64,000 nucleotides of DNA from Eledone cirrhosa (taxonomy: Eukaryota). This document shows, one piece after another, positions 23,870 through 37,280 of the stretch. The number at the start of each line of letters is the position of its first letter. Position 1 is the first letter of the stretch. The position numbers and the translations under genes are program-made. The DNA is taken from NCBI GenBank assembly GCA_964016885.1, contig OZ024742.1:129642001-129706000 (forward strand). The letters run 5' to 3'. The notes below the pieces were generated by a model. That model was not told the origin of the DNA. It did not search any database and worked only from the letters and a program-made list of their open reading frames with translations.

Positions 23870-26143
23870 GTAGTGGAGTGGCTAGAGAGTAGCCATGTGG
23901 CTAGTGGAGTAGCCATGTGCGAGAACCGCCTCGGCCATCAGCAAGCAATCACACAGCCTTTTTTCCTTTCAGGAACATCCAACATCTACCCAAGGTAAAA
24001 ACAGCAACAGTCAAGTAACAAATCTCAGGATTGCCACCATCAATGTTGGCACCTTCAAAGATAACTCAGGTGAAATCGTGGAACTGTTAGAGAGAAGAGA
24101 AGTAGATGTATGCTGTGTAAAAGAAGTGGAATGGAAGGGTGCCTCTGCAAGACTAATTACAGGCAAACAACAGAGATATAAACTCTACTGGGTAGGAAAT
24201 GACGATGGGGTAGGAGGTGTAGGCATCTTACTAACTGAAAAGTAGTTAGAGTGACAGAATCATCAAGCTTAGAATAGCTGAGGGAAATAGAATGGTGACA
24301 ATTACATCAACCTATGCTCCAGAGGCAGGACTGAGTAAAGATCAAAAGAAGAGTTTTACAGACAACTTCAGGGACTGATGAAAGAGACATCATCATTCTG
24401 GCAGGTGGCTTCAATGGACATGTAGGGCAGTACCAGGATATATTCTGAGGAGTTCATGGCAGCTATGGTTATGGTTCAAGAAATGAAGAGGGACTGAGAC
24501 TCCTGGAATTCTGTAATGCAAATGAACTAACCATCTGCAACACAAATTTCAGGAAACCATTCAGCCACATGATTTTCATATCAATCAGATGAACACACGA
24601 GCCAAATTGATTACATACTCATATAACGAGATAAATGGACTGTAACTGCACCACCCCATACAAGTTAGTGACATCAAAATAAACACAAGACAGAACAAGA
24701 TACACAGTAAAATATGGAGATGGAGGGTTTGGACCTTTCAGTGAAATATAGGTTTAGAAAGGCAATACAGCATTCTGTAGATGAGAGGGGTGATGAACTA
24801 GGTACATATAATGTAGAGGACAACTGGAAATTCCTACATGACTTGCTTTTGAAAAAAACTAACAAGACTATGGCTGGAGTAAAGTGCCAGCCAAACAGAG
24901 GGTAACCTGGTGGTGGAACAGCACAGTGGATAGAGCCATAAAAGCCAAGAGACAGGCATAGAAAGACTGGAAAAATGGGGGTAACAGAGACCAGTACCAG
25001 GTAGCTAAGAGAGAAGCTAGACAACAGATATACACAGCTCAGAGAGACGCTGAAAAAAAAGAAAGTTTGCCAATTTCTTGAGACATGAGGACCTGAGACA
25101 TTGCAAGGCAGTTTGTTAGTGTAATTCAAGATATTGTTGTGGAGAAATGTGTTAGAAATGACGCTGGTGCACTTAGTATCACTTATGCTCAAAAGAAAGA
25201 GGCCTGGAAATGTTACTTTGAGAGATTGTTGACTGTAGAGAATGAATGTGAGGAAGAGAAACTAACCCAACTTATCCAACAGAAGGACCAGCTATTGAAG
25301 TTGACAGTTATAGAGTCAAAGAAGCAATGAAAGAGAAGAAGAATGGGCATCAGAGATAGTTGCTGTGATGCTAAAAGCATCAGGAGAAGTAGGAGTCAAA
25401 CTAGTAACCTGCATAGTCAATCAGGTAATACAGGAAAAAGCCATATGCAACACTTGGCACAGCAGTCCAATAATAAATTGCTACAAAACAAAGGTGATGC
25501 TCTGGAAAGTAGCAACTACAGAGGAATAAAACTAACGGACCAAGTTATGAATGTGACAGAAAGTGTTATAGCGCAGCTAATTATGAAAAGAGTCAAATTA
25601 GATAAGATACAGTTTGGTTTTATGCCTGGAAAAAGCACTACAGATGCCTTCTTAGTGAGGCAACTACAAGAGACATTCCTAGCCAAGAATAAGCCACTAT
25701 ATTTAGCTTTTGTTGATCGAGAAAAGGCACATGAGAGAGTACCTCAATCCACTATCTGGTGGTCCTTAAGGAAATTAGGTGTAGAAAAATGACTTGTGAG
25801 CACTGCAAGCAATGTACAGAGGAGCTGTCATAAAGTGAGAGTAGGAAGTGAGTTTAGTGAGAAATTCAAGGTACAAGTATGAGTTAATCAAGGTTTGGTT
25901 CTTAGCCCACTGCTGTTCATTATAGTTCTCCAGGCTGTGTTGGTACCATGAGAAAAAGTGCACAGTCCACACTGTAAATCTGGTTAGTGTTCGGAAGTGC
26001 ATCCAACCATAGAAACAAAGCCAGAAATAGTGCTGTGTGAGCAAGAAACAGTTCTGATCTGACATGTCTCACAACGGGACAATTTGTCTAACCCATGCTA
26101 GCGTGGAAAAATGGACGTTAAACAGTGATGATGATGAGGATGA
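23870..26143 (+). mobile_element. Heavily decayed RTE LINE (APE to RT, internally deleted, with 3' tail)
   Basis: LRIATINVGT near 24023, TWWWN, NYRGIKL, QFGFMPGKSTTDA, tail GGACGTTAAACAGTGATGATGAT. Confidence 0.88.
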
Positions 26144-26296
26144 TATGTATATATATATATACATAAAGATAATAAAAAACCCGTCTTTCTTCCATATTCT
26201 TTACATAATACAATATAAATATATCATAATCACTGTTTAACATTCATTTTTCCATGCTAGCATACACATGTAGACACACACACACATATATATATA

Positions 26297-26479
26297 TATA
26301 AGGAAAAAAGATGAAATCGAAAATGCAACATCTGAGATGTGAGAAAAACCACAAACCCTCCATCTTAATTCTACTTTTGAAAAGCACAAGAACTGCAAAA
26401 CCAGTAAAGGAACCAAATAAATGTATTTAAACAAAAAAAGACTCCAGTTGCATTTTCGATTTCATCTTTTTTCCTTATA
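26297..26479. repeat. 33-bp inverted repeat enclosing a 117-bp spacer, beside (TA)n
   Basis: TATAAGGAAAAAAGATGAAATCGAAAATGCAAC / GTTGCATTTTCGATTTCATCTTTTTTCCTTATA. Confidence 0.8.
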
Positions 26480-27379
26480 CTTTCACTCGTGTAGGACACC
26501 TCATTTTTTTTTCATTTTGTAAAAAAACCTCACTTTCTAATATATATATATATATATGAGAAAAGTGAATAAGGGAAAACAATACAATAATGATATATAT
26601 TTAACACTTGATATAGTAGGAAGAGAGTCTTAACATTTCGGATATTAGTTCTTCATTGGAAGAATGAGAGAGAGAAAAAGAAATAGAAAAGAAATACACA
26701 AGAAAAAACTCAAAAAGATTTTAATTAATAATGAATACTGTACTTTATATATATTATTTATTTTACATAGTTTCTTTCTTATGTTTTTTATACATAAATG
26801 GTAATTTAAAAACAATTCTGACCAATTTGTCTTGAAATTTGCAAAAAAAAAAAAAGATAATAAAATAAATAAAAATAGAAATAAAATTAAATTAAATTTT
26901 TATATCCCAGCATGGCCACAGTCTAACGACTGAAACAAGTAAAAGAATATACATATATGTGTGTGTCTATGTGTGTATATATAATGTAGCTGAAATAAAA
27001 TAAAATAAAATAATAAATCAACTAACTAAAAGAGGGAAATGGTAAAATAATGTAATACAAATTTTCATTTTATATTCCAATATGGAACAAAAATTGTAAT
27101 TATTATTCCCCAGTGATCAATAAAAAAAAATCATCATTATTTTTAATTTTAAAAGTTTAGAAAAAGTGACTTAAAAATTTTTTTTGTCTATTTTTTTTTT
27201 CATTTTTATTATTATTAATTCCTTTTTTTTTCTTTTTGGGAAATGCCTGATCAGTGTCCAATGATACAGATGATGAGTATATGAAATATGTCGCAAGGCC
27301 ATTTTTCTACTGGAATATGAGGAATTTTACCCAGCAGATAGGCAATTTAAAAAAAAAAATAAAAAAAATCAATTAAAAT

Positions 27380-27935
27380 ATTTGTTTCTAACAGGCACAA
27401 GGCCAGAAATGTTGTGGGGGAGGGAAACAGTTGATTATATTGACCCCAGAAGGATGAAAGGCAAAGTTGACTGTGGCAGGATTTGAACTCAGAACATAAT
27501 GAATCTTAATAATGATTTCTACTATAGGCACAAGGCCAGCAATTTCGGGGAGGGGAAAGTCGATCAATATTTTATCGACCCCGTAAGGATGAAAGGGTAA
27601 AGCTTACCTTGCCAGGATTTGAAATCAGAACGTAAAGGGCTGTAACTCTATGCTGCGAAACTTGATGTCCGGCGCTCTACCGATACTGCCAATCCACTGC
27701 CCTAAAGAACTTTAATAATAATAATAATAATAATTGTTTCTAAAATAATCACAAGGCCAGAAATTCAGATGAGAAGAAAACGTTGATTATCTTGATCCCA
27801 GTATTTAACTAATACTATATCACTGGCCTTGAGAGGATGAAAGGTAAAACTGATCATGGTTGGATTTGAAATCAGAATGTAAAGAACCAGAACAAATACT
27901 ACTAGCCATTTTGTCTAATGTACTAACCATTCTGA
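27380..27935 (-). mobile_element. Cluster of three Nin-like SINE copies
   Basis: Repeated GGCACAAGGCCAG..GGATGAAAGG..GATTTGAA(C/A)TCAGAA. Confidence 0.8.
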
Positions 27936-28786
27936 CTACCAACTTCCTATTATAATATGTAACTAGCTGGCCCTGTGGAAATTCCACAGCTGTTGAAAAA
28001 CTAAGACATAATAATTACGACTGACATATATTTCTTATTTCATCATTGTATCATTTAAATCATTGATTATCATTTATCATAATTTAATAATTCCTTATTT
28101 ATGTAGTGGTTTTAGAGAGCTTTTCCTCTTTATCTCCCTTGCTTATTGGTATTAATTATCCTAACAAAACCATCAGTTAATTTCGTAGCCCTAGAGAATT
28201 TAAAATAAAACCACTGCTCATGATTAAACACTAGTTATGACAAGTAAATTCCTAATTTATTAAATGTTTCACCCTGTACTTTATTGTCATTGAATGAGCC
28301 AATCTAACTGGAAACTTAGTTCTTTGTAAAACAGTTTTGCTGATGTCAGTTAATTACATAAAAATGCATGGATTAAGTAATTGACTATTTAAAAATAAAA
28401 TTATGAGTTAGAAAATAATGAACTAGTTTTCACTTTCCCCCCACTTTACCACAACTACCACCAGCTTGTAGTTCTTGGTATATCATGTGTGAGTGTGCGT
28501 ATGATTTCAGTAACATCCTGTAAATAAAGTTTTCTCTTAGCATTACTACTTGCTCCTCCCACCAACACCCAAGTAAATGGTCTTCTCTTCTATCTTACAA
28601 TGTTACTGCTTCCCCCTCCCATCAACATAGAAGTAAATGGCCTTCTCTTTCTTCTGCCTTATAACGTTACTACATTCCCTTCTTATCAACAGTTTGCCTC
28701 ATATAGTTACAATCGCCCTTCCCTTGAGATTCTTCTCTCTTGTTTTTCTTCCTCACACTATTACCCCTACGTCATCCCCATCATAA

Positions 28787-29008
28787 TAATTGTTTCTGAT
28801 TTAGGCACAAGGCCAACAATTTTTAGGGGAGGGGTAAGTCTATTAAATCAACCCCAGTGCATTACTGGTGCTTTATTTTATAGACTGCGTAAGGATGAAA
28901 GGCAACGCTAACCTCGGCAGGATTTGAACTCAGACTGTAAAGGGTCATAACTCTATGCTGCAAAGCATATTGTCCAATGCTCTACTGATATTGCCAATCC
29001 ACCGCCCT
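28787..29008 (-). mobile_element. Nin-like SINE
   Basis: Same motifs as 17617-17806, reversed. Confidence 0.8.
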
Positions 29009-29850
29009 TAATAATAGCATCTAACAAAAATAACCCTTCTTATACTAACCAATCAACCAACCAACTTATATGAGACCAGCCTGTTATAAGGTGTTTATAT
29101 TTCAATTAAAAATCTTACATCATAATTTTATGTACAAAAAAAAGTTAAAAAACTAATTCCCTACCAATTATTGATTATTTTCAAAAATTAACGGAAACAC
29201 ATGGACAATGTATTTCATTAGATAAATGGCAATAGAAGGGTTTTGAAAAAGCAACATGTGTTTCCTTAGTGATTAAACAATTTTTGTTGTCGTGAAAGTA
29301 CTGAATGCATTTGTGTATCAGTCAACCCCACCCCTATTTTACATACAACATTCTTGGATCAGTATATGAGGTTTTGTAGGTCTAGTAGATAAGTTGCATG
29401 TTGAGGTTATTTTTTATTTATTTATTTTTTTTGCATGAAAAAAGTGCAACTTATACATGACTTTATCAGTTCACTGATATAATATCCGGAGGTATTTTTT
29501 TACCCAGCCTTTTTGATACCAAAATGCCCGAAACAATTCCTGGTTCTACGAATCAAAGCTGTTTATTTTAAAGTATTCACATTGATATAAAACCTTCTGT
29601 TATAATTTCTATGTAAAAACATTTGTTAAGTTATGTTTGAACCACCAACTTAATGAGAAAATTATATAACTAAATGCTTTCAAATCCTTGATTAATTTCA
29701 AAATGATTTGAAAATTATAGACAGTGTCTTTCATTAGAAATATAGTAATGAAAAGATTAAGCTCTGAAATTTTTTTTTCTATTATGACTACAACATTATA
29801 TATATATAATATATATATATATATACTGTGTATTTATATGTGTGTGTGTG

Positions 29851-29881
<31 letters not shown>

Positions 29882-29945
29882 GTAGATAAATCTACCAAGA
29901 GTTTACGGTAGTGTCCAATCCGTATGAAGAACTCAATGATTCTAC

Positions 29946-30096
29946 CATTATTTCTGAAGACGGCGTATATGTGTGTTTGGTATGTATATTTAATCTTGAT
30001 AGTTTGTATAATTTTGTATAATTTTGTACATAGATCTGTTGAATATGCATGCCAATTCTAACACATATATATCCTAGAAACGATCGTTAAATAATG
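29946..30096 (+). ncRNA. Type-I hammerhead motif with about 115-nt stem II
   Basis: CATTATTT-CTGAAGA-cGG..ATATGTGT..ACACATAT..CCta-GAAAC-GATC-GTT^-AAATAATG: perfect 8-bp stem I, palindromic stem III AACGATCGTT. (TA)n on both sides. Confidence 0.75.
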
Positions 30097-30537
30097 AACT
30101 TTTTTTGTTTAATATAAGGAACTGTTTCATTGTTTTATTCATTATTTGTTTAATATTTTATATATATATATATATAAATCATTCTCATCGTTTAATGACC
30201 ATTTTTCCACATGAGCATGGGTTAGACGAGTTGTCTTGTTGTGAGACAAGTCAGATCAGGTGACCGTGTCTTGTTCATACAGAATTGATTTGGGCTTGGT
30301 TTCTACGGCTGGATGCCCTTTCCTAACATCAACAACATTTACAGTGTGTCCTGGGTGAGTTTTATCATGACACCTACACTACTACTTTACAATGTGGACT
30401 GTGGGCTGGGGTGGAGGGAGGTGCATGGATATATATATTTTCAAATACATATATATATATATATTTAAATATGTATAATTTAGTATGAGCACGAGGGACA
30501 ATGCCTTAACTTCTAAGAACTCCTACAAGATATGTGT

Positions 30538-30583
<46 letters not shown>

Positions 30584-30632
30584 CAGTAGTAGTAGTAGTA
30601 GCAGTAATAGTAACAGTAGTAGTAGTAGTAGC
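30538..30632 (+). repeat. (TAG)n microsatellite
   Basis: Seen directly. Confidence 0.95.
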
Positions 30633-30909
30633 ATATACACAGGATAGAAGAAATGTGATAGGAAAAATTAAAACATAACTGAAAAAGAAGAAAAAAGGGT
30701 CCTTCCAGTGGAGAGTTACTTAATGTTTATAATTAATAATTAGAGGGAATCTTTAATTAGTAATAAATAGAAGGGAATATAATTTTAAAAACAAAAATTA
30801 ATCGTAAGAAGTTAGCTAAATGGATAATTAGACCACTTAACAAAATTGAGTTTAGAAACAATAATGGTTTCTAATTTAGGCAACAGGCCAACTATTTTGA
30901 AGGAAAGGG

Positions 30910-31290
30910 GAATACAAGCAGCTGAAATGGGGTTCCTCTGAAGTGTCTTTGGAGTAACATTACTTGCCAGTGTACATAGCTTAGAGATCAGAGATTTGCT
31001 CCAGGCAAAGCCAGTACTTCTCTGAATTAAGACATCACTGCTCCAATAATATGGACATGTGGTTAGAGTGTCTCAGGAAAGAATCGCTGCACAGATTTTA
31101 TGGCCAAAATAAACTGCCAGGAGACCCAGAGATAGACCTTGAGCAAGGTGGTTGGATAACATCCATGAGCTTGTCTGGTCTCGCTTGGGAATCTAACTGG
31201 ATCAATTTGGAGCTTTTAAGAGGAGCTACTGGAAGAAGTGTTTGAGGACTGTCTCCATGATCCTCCCAGAAATAAGTGGGCAAAGAAGAT
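30910..31290 (+). mobile_element. 3' fragment of a second, older RTE-like LINE family
   Basis: QAAEMGFL..GVTLL..YGHVVR. Related pieces at 46120-46270 (-), 52330-52640 (+) and 53775-54070 (-). Confidence 0.7.
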
Positions 31291-32889
31291 TCTACCAACC
31301 ACAATATTTTACTGATACATTATTTGTTTTACCCTCTCCTCCTCCACTAGAAAAATGAAAGACCATGGCAAGCTTTGAAACCAGAATGTAGAGGACCATA
31401 ATAAAATACTGCAATACATTTCATACGATACACTAATTATTCTGCCAAACTACTGCCCTCAGTTTAGAAAAAATAATAATAAGACCTTTATACTTATATT
31501 AGAGAGTGAGTTGAATGGGGTTTGGGTCTAGATGCTGAAGAGCAGATGGTTCAAATAACACCACTGGAACTAATTATATTCATAGATACCATGGCAAGCT
31601 TCAACATGAAAGCAACAAGATGACTGCATAATTTACAATTTGTTCAATATTTCACAGTTCTAAGTTCAATTCCTATCATGATCACAGAATAATGGGTTAG
31701 GCTAAAGTGACTCATCTTCAACATGCAGGAAAGTTCAAAGAGTGGGTGGTAATTAAATGGTACTCTACTGACCAAATGGTTTATGAAATTCACCTTTATC
31801 TATAAGAAGTTATTTTCATAAACCATTTGCTTTGTATAGTCATGTGCTGTTTAATTTGCTGTTTCAACAACATGTAGTGCTTGGTTAAAGTTCTAATATA
31901 AACACAACTTACAGCAAATTAGGCTCCAGCAGGAAGGTTCCTACCATACAGCCCAAAATATATTGGAGCCACCTTACCAACTCAATGATGGTATATCTAT
32001 ATTGTTTCTTAATGCTAGTTTTAATATATTTCAAATCCCTTCTTTTCGAGAGAGCAGAGAATAACAAAAAATAACAAATTTAAAAAAAAGAGAGAGAAAA
32101 GCAAGTTTATTGTATTAACCCTGTTAATACCAACCCACCGGAAATGACCACATTTTATGATACAAAACACAATCATTTTAAAGTGTCCATAATCATATCA
32201 AAATATTCCAACAATATTTATGCAATGTCCCAAACACCAGCTTACTAATGAGAAAGTTATAGTAAATTCTTCAAAATCAATTAAAAAAACATTGGCAATG
32301 TATTTCATTAGTAATGTGGTAACAAATAAAACCACATTGAGCATTAACCATTTCGTGATCACATCTCTAATGAAATACAATTCATTTCAATTAATTAATG
32401 AAAAAGTTTTAGGGATTTACTAAAATTATTAATTATTTCATTACTAAAATAGTAACAATATGGTTCTTACATAAAATTGTTGGAAGATTTTAATTTAACC
32501 TTTTTGTGACTTCAATTCTAATGAAATACTCTAGTTCAATTAATTAATGAAGAATTTTGACAGATTTACTAAAATTATTATTTATTTAATTAACATTGTT
32601 CTTACATAAAATTATGTTGAGTACCCCTTTAAATATGTGGTTTTTGTTTCATAAAACCAGAGCTAGTTTCAGTCTGGTTGATTTCAAAAGGGATAAAGGA
32701 AGTTCAGAAGGACTTGTTCTGTTCAATACAGAGCATGAATCGAGCTTGAAGCAATTATAACAAATATTTAAATTTTTAGGAATTATTTTGTTTAGACTTT
32801 GCCAAAGACTTGTATTTTCTCAATTAGAATGATCTACTTTTATGTGTATTTCATATAATATTCAATTTCTATTCTATTAGTCAGGAGTA

Positions 32890-33210
32890 TGTATGTTAAA
32901 TCTCCTGACTACACACCTTCTCCATTCATTCTTATCCATTGCACAATAATATATCAGATCTATGCTAAGACCAGTGTAGTCGTGTATGTTAAGCATGGTT
33001 GACATCTGCAGTTTTGGCCTTGTGTTGTAGTGTATAAGGCATAGCGGTGGGCTGTTGTTTCTTGTGGGTTTCTCAGTCAGTGACCAAGAATATGCAACTG
33101 GTTGCAAATGAGTATATCTACAAGATTTCTTCTTTTTGAGGTTGCCATTTATAGTTCTATCTGTTCGTTTGACGCCTAACGCAATACTGCAGCAACTGGC
33201 GGCAAGTTTA
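32890..33210 (-). mobile_element. Decayed LINE C-terminal fragment
   Basis: IALGVKRTDR.., LHILGH.LR, DYTGL..AMDKNEWRR resemble the C-terminus of APE-type LINE ORF2. Confidence 0.55.
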
Positions 33211-33554
33211 TGTAATGTTATATGTAAAAACATATATTACATTTCATTTATTAAATCTTCAATACAAAACTGTAAAAGCTACTTATTTCCTTAGTGTCAG
33301 TGACAAACTTCCCTTAAGTATTTCCTTTGAGTATTTATAGCTAGGTCAAGATCAACTAGAAAGAGAAGCAGCCTTTTCACTGCTCTTTTACTCTTATTAT
33401 GCATTAACATTAATCTTCATAAGATCATGTTAGTATATATATATATAAATACATACATATATATATACATACACATACATACATACATAGATAGATATAC
33501 ATACATACATATATATACATACATACATAGATATACATACATACATACATAGAT

Positions 33555-33597
<43 letters not shown>

Positions 33598-33644
33598 TAC
33601 ATACATATATATAGATACATACATATATATACATAGATATAGAT

Positions 33645-33703
<59 letters not shown>

Positions 33704-33729
33704 CATGATGGCTGCCCCCTCGTTATCGA

Positions 33730-34208
33730 GTATGGCCATACATGGGTGTATTTTGTTAGAGATGCCTACTGACTGTAGTAGGTTTTACTTTGTATTTAGG
33801 TAAGGCGGGTCTTCTCTATTACTGAGTACCGCCAAAGGTCTTGGTCCAGTGACATTGTCTTGGTGAGGTGTAAGTGTGTGAGGTCGGAGTTTATCAGCTC
33901 GTCCCAGGTTTTTCTGGGTCTGCCTATTCCGTGGCTACCGTCTATCTTTATTGCCCTGCACTTTGTTATACAGCTATCGTCCTTCATGCGCATCACGTGA
34001 CCATACCAACATAGCCTTCTCTCTAGTAAACAACATCTGATCCCTCTTATTTCTAATTTTTTCCTTAGTTCGTTTATGCTTTGTCGTTCACGTATATTAC
34101 TATTACACATCCAGCGGAGCAAGCAAGCTTCGTTTCTCTCTAGTCTGCGTATATCCTCTGCACACAATGCCCAGGTCTCACTGCCATGCAACATTGCTGT
34201 TCGTATGC
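33730..34208 (-). mobile_element. RTE 3' coding fragment embedded between (TA)/(TACA) arrays
   Basis: [31 protein letters not shown], close to the copy at 15500-15895. Confidence 0.92.
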
Positions 34209-34889
34209 ATATATATACATATATATATATATATACATATATATATACATATATATACATATATATATATATATACATATATATATACATATATATATAT
34301 ATACACATATATATATACATATATATATATATACACATATATATACACATATATATACACATATATATATATACATATATATATACATATATATATATAT
34401 ATACATATATATTAGTTTTGAAATAACTAATTAACCCGCGTGTGTTTTATATTTTACTCTTAATTCGGCCGGAGATTTACATTCCCATTTGCCCTTTAAA
34501 GCATAACTTTCCGTATTTACTACGGTTACGAAATGCGGTTTCTTATTCAGGTACAACCTCTGATTTTAGCCTAAGAAAATATCTATATGCGTGTGTAATT
34601 TATACACGCATATATTTATTTTTTTAATTTCAATTGAGTTCTTAACACGTTGGAGTGATAATGTTTTCGAAAAAACTGTTTAACCCGCGTGTATATTATT
34701 ATTTTTTTTCCTCCTTTCGTGGATCGTAGTTGTCTCCCCTTCCCGCTTAGTGACGCTATAACACTTCCTCAGTCAAAAACTGCTGGAATTTCAAATTTGC
34801 CGGTCATTCGATGCGGGAAAGAGCAACTTAACGGACACGATTTTTAACTGTGGTAAGAAATGTTTTTCTTATATCAAAGTTTAATGGGC

Positions 34890-35014
34890 TTCCACTGATG
34901 ATTTATAAGCGCCCACCTAAATATATTCTTACATGAATGTATATTAGGCTTCTACATGAACTGGAAATATTCTCCGAATTTGTAGAAAACTTATAATGAA
35001 ACAATTGTTTGGAA
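34890..35014 (+). ncRNA. Type-I hammerhead motif with branched stem II
   Basis: TTCCA-CTGATGA-T-TTATAAG-[two inner hairpins]-CTTATAA-T-GAAAC-AATT-GTT^-TGGAA. Confidence 0.75.
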
Positions 35015-35202
35015 AGAGAGATATATTTTAACTTTAATTATATCTCATAAAATAATACAACTGGCTTTTCCACATAATACATATTGTTAGCACCCCAAAC
35101 ACTTAAATTGGGTTTATATTAAAATATAACCTAATGTTTGTTGAGTGAGATGGTTACCAGTCAGAGATTAGCTTTAAACTATCTCTGTTATTGTATTAAT
35201 TA

Positions 35203-36645
<1,443 letters not shown>

Positions 36646-36646
<1 letters not shown>

Positions 36647-36988
36647 GCACATGGCTTAGTGGTTAGAGCATTGGCCTTGCAATCGAAAGGTTGTGAGTTC
36701 AATTCTCAGACCGGGTGATGTGTTGTTTCCTTGAGCAAGACACTTTATTTCACATAGCTCCAGTTTACTCAGCTGTAGAAATGAGATGATAGGGACTGGG
36801 GTCCATATCATTCCACTGCAAAGTGGTCGTGCAGGTGACACGGCAAAAAAGCACCCAGCACTCACTGTAAATGAGGTTGGTGTTAGGAAGGGCATCCAGC
36901 TGTAGAAATCAAGCCAGAATCAGTTCCCGTCCCACCTTTGCAAGCAGTGAAAAGTGGACGTAAAATGAAATGATGAATGATGATGATA
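36646..36988 (+). mobile_element. tRNA-derived CORE-like SINE with an RTE-derived 3' tail
   Basis: A box TGGCTTAGTGG, B box GAGTTCAATTCTC, CORE-like CCTTGAGCAAGACACTT. The 3' part matches RTE 3' UTR 21105-21270 and ends GGACGTAAAATGA..TGATGAT. Confidence 0.85.
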
Positions 36989-37015
36989 TACATATATATA
37001 TATGATGATGATGAC

Positions 37016-37053
<38 letters not shown>

Positions 37054-37280
37054 GATGATATATATATATATATATACATATATATATGTATATATATATA
37101 TGATGATGATGATATATATATATATACATATATATACATATATATATATATACATACATATACGTCTAACCGATGCTAACGTGGAAAATGGACGTTAAAC
37201 GAAGATGATGATGATATATATATATATACATACATATATATATACATACATATATATACATATATATATACATACATATA

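Noticed and set aside
27240-27345. Unique island with ATGATGA (C-box-like) or a small exon
   Set aside because: No downstream CTGA D box with terminal stem, no clear splice pair, no recognisable peptide.
27960-27995. ACTAG plus hairpin CTGTGGAAATTCCACAG, possible Helitron/Helentron end
   Set aside because: No second terminus or second copy found in the window.
36646-36725. Possible tRNA gene (also 43653)
   Set aside because: A and B boxes are present, but the anticodon and acceptor stems do not pair and it continues into a SINE body.
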